This document shows, piece by piece, positions 45,685-54,875 of a DNA stretch of 55,910 bases. Within the stretch, counting starts at the first letter, position 1. Each line of letters begins with the position of its first letter. The stretch is from the IMG/VR virus record IMGVR_UViG_3300049789_000029, positions 1 through 55,910 of that record. One strand, given 5' to 3'. This DNA is from a virus (lineage: Duplodnaviria > Caudoviricetes). The notes below the pieces were generated by a model. That model was not told the DNA's origin, did no database searches, and was given only the letters and a program-made list of their open reading frames with translations. Position numbers and translations under genes: made by a program.

Positions 45685-47445
45685 TCACAGACATGGAGTC
45701 GCGTTCTTGTAAGGATGGTTTGCTGGAAGGTTTGCCTGCAATCCCCACTTCAAGGCGAGGTATCCGAAATACTTGTCAATCTGGTCTTGGGTCAACAAGT
45801 TCGCATCAAGAATCAGTTCACCCCAGTCCCTTTGTTCACCAGCCGTGGATTGCGGAAGGCTCGTCTGTGAGTTCTGTGCAGAGGCTCCCGTCGTGCTACA
45901 TCCAGAACCGTTGTAATAGGTTGTTCCATCAACATCGATGCGGGCTGTTCCGGCAGCGAAGTTGATGTGCCACATGATCATGTTCCACTGTCCAACTGTG
46001 GTGATGAAGGTGGAGTCCATGTGAGCCTGAGCTTCTCCAGCCCGGGAGTAGATCATTCCCACCGATTGATTGACGTTGGAACTGCGCACGTAGAAAACAC
46101 CTCCACCTGCCCCAATGAAATTGGCTTCCAAAACACCGTGTTGAGCGCCTGCACTGGTGTTGGCCCCAGCCCAAAACACATACAGTTGGTTCAGTCCGTT
46201 CAACACAAAGTTGTAGTTTCCGATTCCGATGGCCTTTTGAATCTGGCCAGCGTTGGAGTTGTCCGCTGGGGCAGTCTGCCACCTGAGAATGTTCCGTCCG
46301 TTTCGTGCAGCCACTTTCAGAATCGGAGGCAGATGGATGCCGCCTTGGACAAGCCAATCGTTGTGGTTAGACGTGCTGTCCTTGAAGCTGCTCACCTGAT
46401 CACCGTCTGACCCCGCAAGCTGGCTTGCATCGTACCAATGGAAGGCCGTGCTCGGATAGAACGCGATGCACGGAACCACTGTCAGAACAAAGGAGCGGCG
46501 GCACTGCACAATGCCATCGGTGATCTGGAGAGTGAAGTTGAACGTCCCGCCTTCTGTTGGTGTTCCTGAAAGAGTTTGGTTTGCCGGGTTGAACGACAAT
46601 CCAGCCGGTAGCGAGCCTGACACCAGAGACCACACCATTGTTCCGAAGCTCAACGTGGACCCGACGAACGTAACAGAATAAGGAATGAGCGCCTGAGAGG
46701 ATGGAATGGAAGACGTGATGATTCCAGCCGTGATCATCTGAAACGCCTTCTGCATGTAATCCCCGTTTGCATCTGTCGCTCTCAGCGCGAACTGAAACTG
46801 TCCAACGGCTGTGGGAGTGCCGGAGATGAGTCCCGTGGTTGGGTTCAACTGGCTAATCCTCAATCCTGTTGGAAGAGCGCCAGAGAACACGGAGAAATTC
46901 GCGGGCTTGGTAGAGGTGATCGTCGTGGAGAACGGCTGATTGAGGCAGCACTCCGGAGGACTGATGGAACCTACGCACAACCTTGCGGCAACAACATTGG
47001 TGCACGCAAACGAATGAGCCATCTGATCGGCTTCGATCTGGCTGAATGCGGTGAACCGTCCAGCCGGAACGATGAACGTGAAAGGCAACCCGTCCGGGCA
47101 CAGAGCCGTGCACAACTGATCAGCGTTCTGGAACACATTCGGATCACGATTCTCCGGAGGAGTTCCGGGAGGGTCCGGGAGAATCTGTGTCGGAGGAGTC
47201 ACTCCATGAGAGGCGATGCAGTCCACCACGGATGACAGTGCATTTCCTTGCGCCTCTTCCAACGTCTCTCCCTGTTCAATCGCATAACAATTACTTGTCA
47301 CGAAGTTTGAACCAAGCGGTGGAGGCATGAAGTTCTGTGTCTGTGTGGCAAACACAATCTCTTTGTCCGGGGCTTCACTGCTGTAGTCTGTCAGCGGGTC
47401 CGAGTCCTCCGGGCAGTTACGCTTTGAATTGCACTCTCTGTTCAT
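45685..47445 (-). CDS. Tail fibre/spike with two putative Ig (He_PIG) repeats and a lectin/LamG-like C-terminus
   Basis: SGALPTGL..ISGTPT and SGSLPAGL..LSGTPT; WYDAS...GYLALKWGL..LP.NHPYK. Confidence 0.7.
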   Translation of the reverse strand: MNRECNSKRNCPEDSDPLTDYSSEAPDKEIVFATQTQNFMPPPLGSNFVTSNCYAIEQGETLEEAQGNALSSVVDCIASHGVTPPTQILPDPPGTPPENRDPNVFQNADQLCTALCPDGLPFTFIVPAGRFTAFSQIEADQMAHSFACTNVVAARLCVGSISPPECCLNQPFSTTITSTKPANFSVFSGALPTGLRISQLNPTTGLISGTPTAVGQFQFALRATDANGDYMQKAFQMITAGIITSSIPSSQALIPYSVTFVGSTLSFGTMVWSLVSGSLPAGLSFNPANQTLSGTPTEGGTFNFTLQITDGIVQCRRSFVLTVVPCIAFYPSTAFHWYDASQLAGSDGDQVSSFKDSTSNHNDWLVQGGIHLPPILKVAARNGRNILRWQTAPADNSNAGQIQKAIGIGNYNFVLNGLNQLYVFWAGANTSAGAQHGVLEANFIGAGGGVFYVRSSNVNQSVGMIYSRAGEAQAHMDSTFITTVGQWNMIMWHINFAAGTARIDVDGTTYYNGSGCSTTGASAQNSQTSLPQSTAGEQRDWGELILDANLLTQDQIDKYFGYLALKWGLQANLPANHPYKNATPCL

Positions 47446-49835
47446 GGCGGATTCTGAGTGTTACAGGTCATCACAGGGAAGTCCGTCTTCTCAACCGGAT
47501 TGGCGTGCAATAGGAATCCGCGCACGCGGCAGAAGCCGACAATGGTAAGACGCACTTGAAACTGATAACCCACGTAAGCCGGTCTTCCAGTCAGAGCTTC
47601 GCATCCTGCCACCGGAGGTTTCGGAGTGATCATCGTGGCGCGGAACGTTTCCTGAAAGGGTTGGATGGGATAACAAATGGGATTGAACACGTCCTCGCAG
47701 GTGTTGCGAGCGCTGCACTGTTTCCATTTGTGCCACGGATACCAGCACGGATCAGAGTCCGGACGGTAATCCAGATAGAAGGCGACTTCACCGGCCATCC
47801 TGTCCACCCACAGTTCGAACGCGATTAGCTCTTTGAGTTCGAACTCTTCTCCCCAGTTGAGAGCCGGGAACTCCATTGACCATTTGACTCGTGTGTCGTC
47901 CGCTTCGAACCGTTCGGACTTGGTGAGTTCCCACAGCATGAACGAGGAGTCCGTATCCGAGAGAGCAATCGCGAAGGCTCGCTCGACATTGTTGATCGTT
48001 CCAACAAGCAACTGCAACACGCTCAAGCCTTGCTGGATTCCCTCCCACGTTGGCGGGTGAGTTTCTCCAAAGGTGCTGATGGGCATGAAGTCCAACGGAA
48101 TCACGGCTGAGTGAATCACGCCTTGAGCCACTTGCCGGGGAAGAGTGGACTGCAACATCCGATTGTTGAAGTTGATTCCCGTGGCGAATCTCAACAGGTC
48201 TGTCTGAGCCAGAGCCAGCACACGGTTTTCGTTCGCACTGAACTGGATGTTTCCCCACTGGCCGAAGTATCGGATGGAAGTCATCGCCGAACGGATTGCC
48301 GGTTCCAGAGATTGGAAGAACAAGTCTCCGTTCACCGGGACAACGGACCTGTCATTGACACTCCCGTTTGCAATCTGCACGACTGATTGAAGCGGCTGAT
48401 TCGCGCTGGTTGAAGCAATCCAATCCGTGCGCGTCACCGGCACAACGAGGTTGTAGACGGTCTTCAGCGTGAAGATGAACAGCCGTCCCTGTCCAAGCGC
48501 TGCATCCAAGTTCGCATTGTGAGAGAGCGCGGTGATGTTTCCAGAACTGTCCGGAACACGGAATCCATCTCCTCCAATCGCCAGCGGATTCTCTGTCACG
48601 TTCAACACCGAATCCCGAAAGTTGTAGGTGCCTGTTCCAGACGGTCCCCCAACGATGTCACCGGCTGAGTATGATCTTCCCTGAGCGTACCACACCCGGC
48701 CCATGTAATAGTCCATCGGTCCAGCGGCAGGAATCTCGTTCTGCCCGTTGATCTGGGAAGCCAGAGCCGTATTTGTGATCCCTCGTGATCGTCTCAGAGT
48801 GGTTCCGTCCCAGAAGAGAGGCAGCGTCTTGTAATCGCCAGCTTGGATAATGAGGAACTCTTCGGCCTGACAAAAATAAAAGTAATCCAAAAATGCGGGC
48901 ATCCCTCCGACGTTGGTTTCATCCGGAGGGAATGACGAGTTGACCAGAAGGAGGTTAATCTGATCGAACAGAATAGATGTGATCTGAGAAGTGAAGGCAG
49001 TGTTACTGAAGGCTCCTGCTGTAGAGCGCACAGCGCAACTCACGCTCACCGTAACAGTCCCTCCTAAAGCGGGTGTCACGAAAGACGGCACTGTAAATAG
49101 GACCGGGGGTCCGACATACGGAGCCAATGGTTGCACGTTCAATCCGCCGTTGGGTTGCACTCCAACGATAACACCGGGCGGCATGTTCTCATTCCTGATC
49201 GTCAAATCCGCAGTCCAATATCCAAGCGAGTTGGCTGGAGGATTGGTGATGTGCAGTGTCGTGTTGGCGGCAGAGATTAAAGTGAAACGATTCGTGATCG
49301 GAACCGTGATGTTGACTGCACCTCGGTACGCTGTGGCCAGAGCAGCGAACACGGTTCCGTTCACAGCCGGTGCGGTGTAGTTCCCCAGCAATCCAATGGA
49401 AGTGTTGGCTTGGGTTCCGGCTTCAACTGTGATGATTGAACCGGGAGGAGCGTTGAGATTCTTCAAATACACTCCAACAGGAAATGGAGTCAGGTTAAAC
49501 GCAGTATCCGAAAGATTGATGGCAACGCCTGTCTCCGGATCAATCTTGTAGATTTTTCCACCCTTAGCCACGATGGGATATGTCGTGCCGTCCGGCGCGT
49601 CATACATGAAGGCACCCTGAAAGATTCCGTCCCCCGCGAACATTCTGCCCTTGAGCTTGTAAGCTGCACGTTGGGTGATGCCTCCGTCTCTGACTGTCGC
49701 GTTGTTCAGCCACGCGAGTTCATTTCGGGAAAGACCGTTCGGGTTGCGCGGGCCTTGGACAGTTGTAACCTTGATGGAGTTGACTCCACCGGAGAAGTCA
49801 ACGCTGCCGTCTGGTTTGCTAACATCGCTTCCCAT
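47442..49835 (-). CDS. Putative tail nozzle / DNA stabilisation protein (tail tubular B-like)
   Basis: DFSGG N-terminus, beta-propeller-like body, terminal QFQVRL..G..RV strand; 797 aa. Confidence 0.6.
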   Translation of the reverse strand: MGSDVSKPDGSVDFSGGVNSIKVTTVQGPRNPNGLSRNELAWLNNATVRDGGITQRAAYKLKGRMFAGDGIFQGAFMYDAPDGTTYPIVAKGGKIYKIDPETGVAINLSDTAFNLTPFPVGVYLKNLNAPPGSIITVEAGTQANTSIGLLGNYTAPAVNGTVFAALATAYRGAVNITVPITNRFTLISAANTTLHITNPPANSLGYWTADLTIRNENMPPGVIVGVQPNGGLNVQPLAPYVGPPVLFTVPSFVTPALGGTVTVSVSCAVRSTAGAFSNTAFTSQITSILFDQINLLLVNSSFPPDETNVGGMPAFLDYFYFCQAEEFLIIQAGDYKTLPLFWDGTTLRRSRGITNTALASQINGQNEIPAAGPMDYYMGRVWYAQGRSYSAGDIVGGPSGTGTYNFRDSVLNVTENPLAIGGDGFRVPDSSGNITALSHNANLDAALGQGRLFIFTLKTVYNLVVPVTRTDWIASTSANQPLQSVVQIANGSVNDRSVVPVNGDLFFQSLEPAIRSAMTSIRYFGQWGNIQFSANENRVLALAQTDLLRFATGINFNNRMLQSTLPRQVAQGVIHSAVIPLDFMPISTFGETHPPTWEGIQQGLSVLQLLVGTINNVERAFAIALSDTDSSFMLWELTKSERFEADDTRVKWSMEFPALNWGEEFELKELIAFELWVDRMAGEVAFYLDYRPDSDPCWYPWHKWKQCSARNTCEDVFNPICYPIQPFQETFRATMITPKPPVAGCEALTGRPAYVGYQFQVRLTIVGFCRVRGFLLHANPVEKTDFPVMTCNTQNPP

Positions 49836-49890
49836 AACTTGATTCTGATTGGCACGCTACTACCGCACCTGTTAAAGACAAGAACATTGT

Positions 49891-51729
49891 ATGGGACGCA
49901 TTGCCAAGTATGGCGGCTTCTGGCGGGACACGATGCACCCGCTCCAAATCGAATTCGATTGCATTCGGCGCGGAGGAAAATGGTTATCGAAGAACGGACA
50001 GACAACTTACGGTAACGGACTTTTCTTCCACTACAAAGCAGCCATCTCAATCCTGTGGCCAGAAATCGTCTGGCACAAATGGAATGAACTCTTCCTCCAA
50101 GAATACATCACGCACCGAACCATCGGCATCATCGGACCGGCATCTTCCGGCAAGACCAACTCTGCCGCACTGGTGGCTCTCATTGACTACTACCCGTATC
50201 CTGATCAGACAACCATCATCTGCTGTTCCACAACGAAGGAGCGGTTGGAAGATCGTATCTGGGGAGAAATCAAATCTCTGCACCGCCGTGCCAAGGAGCG
50301 CATCTCGTGGCTCCCCGGAAACCTGATTGAAGGAAGGCTCCGCATCATCACTGATCAACGCTCCGCTGTGTTCGAAGGCCGTGACTTCCGCAACGGTCTC
50401 GTTGGCGTGCCGTGCAAGAAGGGAGAGAGCTACATCGGTCTCGGTGATTTTGCCGGTCTCAAGAACAAGCGCGTGCGCCTCTTCGGTGATGAGTTGAGTC
50501 TTCTTCCCCGTGTGTTCGTGGATGCCATTTCCAACTTGGACAAGAACCCGGACTTCAAGGCCGTTGGCATGGGCAATCCGAAGGAGACAACCGACGCGCT
50601 GGGTGTGTTCTGCGAACCGGCTGCGCATCTTGGAGGATGGGACGGCGGAATCGATCAGCTTGCGGAAACCAAGACGTGGGAGACACGTCGTCCAAACGGC
50701 ATCTGTGTTCAACTGGTAGGAACGGATTCTCCGAATTTGGATGGCAAGCTGGGTATTCCGTTGATCACTCAGGAACAGATTGACCGTGACGTTGCCTTCT
50801 ACGGGCTGGAGTCCCAGTGGTTCACGATGATGAATCAGGGCATGATGCCAAAGGGTCAAGGCTCCCGCCGTGTCATCACTCGTCAAATGTGTCTCAAGTT
50901 CGGTGCGATGGAGGAGCCACTGTGGTTGAACCAGCAGCGGACGCGCATCGGCTCTCTGGACGCAGCCTTCCGTGGGACAGGCGGGGACCGCTGTGTCTTC
51001 TGTGAAATCCAATTCGGGCCTGAAGCACTTCCGATGGACGACGGCGCTCTCATCACTTCTATCGTGAATCAGCGTCGCGATGCACCACGGCGAAAGAACA
51101 TTCTCGCTCTGATTGACATGCTCATCGTGCCGGTCAATCCAATCGATTCGGAAATCCCGGAGGATCAGATTGCCAACTTTGTCCGCGCTCAGTGCATGTC
51201 CCGTGGAATTCCGCCTGAGAACTTCTTCTTCGATGCCGGTATGCGCAGTTCGCTGGTCAGTTCGTTCGCTCGACTCTGGTCTCCGAACGTTGTCCCGATT
51301 GATTGCGGTGGGAAGCCTTCAGACCGTCCTGTCTCTTCGCAGATTACGATGCTCTGCAAGGACTACTACTCCAAGTTCGTCACGGAGTTGTGGTACTCCG
51401 TCCGCTACGTCGTGGAAGCCGGACAGTTCCGGGGCATGACAGAGGACGTGATGCTGGAAGGATGCGCTCGCGAATGGACTCGTGTCGGTGCCAACAAGAT
51501 CGAAGTCGAAACCAAGGAGAAGATGAAACAGAAGACGGGACGAAGCCCGGACCTGTTTGACTGTCTTGCCGTGGGAATCGAAGGAGCCAGACGAAGAGGT
51601 TTCGTGATCACCGAAATGGTAAACAAACGCGCCAACAGGCCCAATCCATTTGCTCGCGACTGGAGAGACGAGCTAAAAGAAAAAGCTCTTGGACTGTCAA
51701 AATCCAAGAGCCTCAACTACAAGGCGTGA
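49891..51729 (+). CDS. terL: Terminase large subunit
   Basis: Walker A GPASSGKT, Walker B LFGDE, GMGNP, RNase H-like LDAAF..GGD, RSPDLFD. Confidence 0.88.
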   Translation: MGRIAKYGGFWRDTMHPLQIEFDCIRRGGKWLSKNGQTTYGNGLFFHYKAAISILWPEIVWHKWNELFLQEYITHRTIGIIGPASSGKTNSAALVALIDYYPYPDQTTIICCSTTKERLEDRIWGEIKSLHRRAKERISWLPGNLIEGRLRIITDQRSAVFEGRDFRNGLVGVPCKKGESYIGLGDFAGLKNKRVRLFGDELSLLPRVFVDAISNLDKNPDFKAVGMGNPKETTDALGVFCEPAAHLGGWDGGIDQLAETKTWETRRPNGICVQLVGTDSPNLDGKLGIPLITQEQIDRDVAFYGLESQWFTMMNQGMMPKGQGSRRVITRQMCLKFGAMEEPLWLNQQRTRIGSLDAAFRGTGGDRCVFCEIQFGPEALPMDDGALITSIVNQRRDAPRRKNILALIDMLIVPVNPIDSEIPEDQIANFVRAQCMSRGIPPENFFFDAGMRSSLVSSFARLWSPNVVPIDCGGKPSDRPVSSQITMLCKDYYSKFVTELWYSVRYVVEAGQFRGMTEDVMLEGCAREWTRVGANKIEVETKEKMKQKTGRSPDLFDCLAVGIEGARRRGFVITEMVNKRANRPNPFARDWRDELKEKALGLSKSKSLNYKA

Positions 51730-51733
51730 GCGC

Positions 51734-52159
51734 CTATTGCACTGGGGAACCCCGGGCTAAAGCAATTCCCTCCGCGATAGCTCTGGAAATCAACTGAACG
51801 TCCTTCACACGGTCAGCCGGTATCGGAGGTAGATCAACTCCCATGAGCAACAGTGTCGTGGACTGCACGATGATTGTTGCCGTGTCACTTTGAAACTGTT
51901 TGACGGGAAACCGCTGGAGAATCTGCACCACTTCGATGATGTCCAGATTGGTCCGGGTGGACGTGGCAATCTCCATCAAATCGTCGTGCGCCTTGTCGAA
52001 ACCCGGAGCGAGTTGAGGATGATCTTTCAGGGCTGCTTTGGTTCCCCCGTAAGCAGCGGAACGGGCTACGGCTGCCACTCGCTGGGGAGTGATTGTTTTA
52101 CAGCCGGTGAGGGTGAGGATACACGCGCAAGCACTGAGAGCGGCAATGAAGCGTTTCAT
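51734..52159 (-). CDS. Lipoprotein (possible spanin or exclusion protein)
   Basis: MKRFIAALSACACILTLTGC lipobox. Confidence 0.7.
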   Translation of the reverse strand: MKRFIAALSACACILTLTGCKTITPQRVAAVARSAAYGGTKAALKDHPQLAPGFDKAHDDLMEIATSTRTNLDIIEVVQILQRFPVKQFQSDTATIIVQSTTLLLMGVDLPPIPADRVKDVQLISRAIAEGIALARGSPVQ

Positions 52160-52166
52160 GCGGGCC

Positions 52167-52195
52167 GTATTAGACCCGCTGTGAAATCCTGTCAA
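52167..52195 (-). promoter_or_regulatory. Sigma70-like promoter, probably leaderless
   Basis: TTGACA-17 nt-TAATAC, 7 nt before the ATG at 52159. Confidence 0.45.
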
Positions 52196-52557
52196 CGCTT
52201 CTTTCCGTTCTCCATCGCACGGATGCGGCTCTCGTGATCCTGAAGGATGATGTCCTGTCGCTGGTTGATTTCGTTCTTCACTTCCATCGTAGCTACCAGC
52301 GTCTTCAGTTCAGTGATGGCCGATTGCATCAGCGAGTCAGCAGCCTTTTGATCGGCCTTGTCTTGCTTATACTCGGCATCCCTGTCCTGTTTCTCCTTGT
52401 CATAATTGACCTGTGAGACGAACTGGGTCTTGAGAAAGAGATTGAGTAGGAGCAAGAGAATCGTTCCCACCTTCCACGCAAAATCCAAGCTGGCCTTCTG
52501 GCGTGAACTGATTCTCACTCCTAACGTCGTATCGGTCTTGTCTTCAGGGTGGCTCAT
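52192..52557 (-). CDS. Single-TM coiled-coil protein (holin or i-spanin-like)
   Basis: TM helix then coiled coil ending DHESRIRAME. Confidence 0.55.
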   Translation of the reverse strand: MSHPEDKTDTTLGVRISSRQKASLDFAWKVGTILLLLLNLFLKTQFVSQVNYDKEKQDRDAEYKQDKADQKAADSLMQSAITELKTLVATMEVKNEINQRQDIILQDHESRIRAMENGKKR

Positions 52558-53098
52558 TTAATGGGTTCCACACTTTTATGCGGATAGGTTCAATGTTTGT
52601 GCCGCTGACATTTCGTGACGTGCGGAAGAACTCTCTGTTGAACAACCGATTGAGAGTGACCGTGTTCGTTCCGCCAACCATCGCCGCTACTGACCACTGC
52701 CGTAAATTCGTAGAACTCCACAGCGTTGTAAAGTTCGTCCCGGACCACGTTACCGTGACTCTATCCGGAGGGTAAAGCGGGTATCTTACCTGTCCGGAGA
52801 AATCACTCTCCACATTTGTCCGGGAAAGCGTCACCGCGTAGAAGTGCGTGTCAAATGTTCCAGCCCAATTCGTTCGATCAATGACGTAGTTGGTGGATGA
52901 GCCGATGGCTGTCTTGTTCGTGAACGTCCATGGCTGGTTCCCATCGTAGAGATAAAAGAAATCTCCCGGAAGAAGCGGAGTAGGGTAACTCCACGTCAAC
53001 TCAACGTGATAGTAGATGTTTGTGTCTTCAGCCGGTGGCGGGGGCTGAACGAGTGCAAACAGTAATGGGGTCGTTGCGCATGTAATCAGCCAGTTCAA
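52544..53098 (-). CDS. Exported FN3-like protein with Verrucomicrobia-type C-terminal domain
   Basis: VELTW, FYAVT...ESDFS (FN3-like); LWSSTNLRQW...EFFR. Confidence 0.65.
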   Translation of the reverse strand: MNWLITCATTPLLFALVQPPPPAEDTNIYYHVELTWSYPTPLLPGDFFYLYDGNQPWTFTNKTAIGSSTNYVIDRTNWAGTFDTHFYAVTLSRTNVESDFSGQVRYPLYPPDRVTVTWSGTNFTTLWSSTNLRQWSVAAMVGGTNTVTLNRLFNREFFRTSRNVSGTNIEPIRIKVWNPLNEPP

Positions 53099-53099
53099 A

Positions 53100-53573
53100 T
53101 CATTTGAAAGCGTAAATTTTCAACTTGTAATTGTTCCAAGAAGCGACGTTCGAACCTTCGATGGATACATCTCCCTCAAATCCCACTCTTGCCGCATCGT
53201 TGAAAAAATAAATGTTCGTCGCATCTGCCCACACTGAAAAGTTAGGAAACCCATCAACAGCAGCCCATGCAGATTCCGTTTGAAGTTCCTGACCTGCTAC
53301 CTTGTTGAGTCCAACGTCATTGATTACGCACACCAACACCATCCGAACAATGCGAGGAACAGAACCTAATCCGTGCGCCGATACGGGTTGGGGTAAGGCC
53401 GTTTGCAAATCGTACAAGCCACTCGTATAACCCGCACCAAGACCATCCGGTGGACCGCCTCCGCCAGCCGCGATTCTTGCGAGTAACGCGAGTTCAATCG
53501 CTTCAGCCTGAGAAATCCCAAGGCAAAGGTAACACTGTGATTCTGCAAATAAGGTGTTCGGATCGATGGCCAT
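53100..53573 (-). CDS. CxxC-repeat protein with tail-fibre-like C-terminal domain
   Basis: N-terminal DPNTLFAESQCYLCLGISQAEAIELALLARIA; C-terminal AHGLGSVP...KLKIYA. Confidence 0.8.
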   Translation of the reverse strand: MAIDPNTLFAESQCYLCLGISQAEAIELALLARIAAGGGGPPDGLGAGYTSGLYDLQTALPQPVSAHGLGSVPRIVRMVLVCVINDVGLNKVAGQELQTESAWAAVDGFPNFSVWADATNIYFFNDAARVGFEGDVSIEGSNVASWNNYKLKIYAFK

Positions 53574-53577
53574 AGGG

Positions 53578-54111
53578 TTAGGGGTAGACGCAGATTTCGA
53601 CTGAACTCTTGTTCAGCACTCCATCCACCTCCACGGTAGTAAAGGTTTCAACGGTGATTGTGCTTGGGTCTTCGGGAAAGATTGTTGTTGTCTGGAAACT
53701 CGTTCGCGAAATGTTGGCCCATGTCTTGCCGTCCGGAAATCCGTTCACGAGAATGCCGACATACACCCCAACATCACTTCGATTCCACACGATGTTACCA
53801 AGTGTGTTCTCGTACACCGTGGCGACAGGATTATTGGTTCCGGATTGAGAGAGATTGGCGCGGTATCGCTTTGGCACAGCAATCCACTGCTGCATGGGCA
53901 CGTTCCAGTTATAGTAAAAGCCCGTCGCGGTATTGAGGAACGTGGCTGGAGAGTTTGGGGAACTCGGTGCTGATACCGGAGGCGCGGTGCCTGAAGTGAA
54001 CTGAGAAGTTATCTGAGCCAGCAGCGCAAGCTGGAGCGCTTCAGTCTGTGAAATCCCAAGGCACAGATAACACTTGGCCTGCTCGAACAAAGTTTGCGCG
54101 TCAACAGCCAT
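53578..54111 (-). CDS. CxxC-repeat protein with a different C-terminal domain
   Basis: N-terminal DAQTLFEQAKCYLCLGISQTEALQLALLAQIT; C-terminal YRANLSQSGTNNP...ENTLG...EICVYP. Confidence 0.8.
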   Translation of the reverse strand: MAVDAQTLFEQAKCYLCLGISQTEALQLALLAQITSQFTSGTAPPVSAPSSPNSPATFLNTATGFYYNWNVPMQQWIAVPKRYRANLSQSGTNNPVATVYENTLGNIVWNRSDVGVYVGILVNGFPDGKTWANISRTSFQTTTIFPEDPSTITVETFTTVEVDGVLNKSSVEICVYP

Positions 54112-54112
54112 G

Positions 54113-54454
54113 TCACGTTGCAATCTGAGCCAACAACGACAGTTCCATCATCCTCGCCATGGTCAGTTGTCCGGTGTTGCATACGTAGCACCGGGCCTGA
54201 ACGATCAACGCAGCGGGTGTGACATCGTTGCTTGGATTGTGAGCGATTGAAATTTGTGCCAGTAAGGAGAGCTTCATGATTTCGAAGGCGCTCGCTCCGT
54301 AACAAGCGTAGCACACTCCTTGCGTTAAAAGACTTTGAGCATCTGTTGCCATAGCTATTTGTGCCAGTAGTTCAAGCTCTAGCTGTTCATCCTCCGTCAA
54401 CCCGTAACACCCAAAGCATTTCGCAGCGCTAAGTAACTGGGATGGATCAGCCAC
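54113..54454 (-). CDS. Protein made of three tandem CxxC...LLAQI repeats
   Basis: CFGC, CYAC and CYVC, each followed by LxLLAQI. Confidence 0.8.
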   Translation of the reverse strand: MADPSQLLSAAKCFGCYGLTEDEQLELELLAQIAMATDAQSLLTQGVCYACYGASAFEIMKLSLLAQISIAHNPSNDVTPAALIVQARCYVCNTGQLTMARMMELSLLAQIAT

Positions 54455-54458
54455 AGGA

Positions 54459-54788
54459 TCATTCCATCATCCCGCCCATTTCTGAGTCTGAACCCTCGCT
54501 CGCTTCTCCGTAGGATTTCTGGTCCCCACCGGACTTTTTCTCAGGAGCGTAGGACACTTCCACTTCGTCATCGTGAATCGCATCTATCTTGAGCACGATT
54601 TCATCTCCCGGCTTGAAGTCCTTCCCCGCCAGAATCGATTTTGGAAGGAGACCGCGTGCCGGTTCTGATTCCTCTTCGTGTGGTTCTTCTCCTTCGGGAG
54701 CGGAAGCTTCCGATTCCGGGGACGGGGTTTCAGCCGGTGCCTGTGCGGGCATCGCCGCATCCGAGTAAGGGTCTGTGTCGTTTGGCAT
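54459..54788 (-). CDS. Acidic hypothetical protein downstream of the capsid gene
   Basis: Small beta core DFKPGDEIVLKIDAIHDDEVEVSY with disordered acidic tails. Confidence 0.7.
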   Translation of the reverse strand: MPNDTDPYSDAAMPAQAPAETPSPESEASAPEGEEPHEEESEPARGLLPKSILAGKDFKPGDEIVLKIDAIHDDEVEVSYAPEKKSGGDQKSYGEASEGSDSEMGGMME

Positions 54789-54875
54789 GGTGTGACTTCT
54801 GCGAACGTTTCCGAAAATCCCCCGGCTCCAGCCACCACGAAGGAGCCGGGGGCAACCAACTCAACACCAATCAGG

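Noticed and set aside
45685-47445. Diversity-generating retroelement target
   Set aside because: No reverse transcriptase or template/variable repeat pair seen
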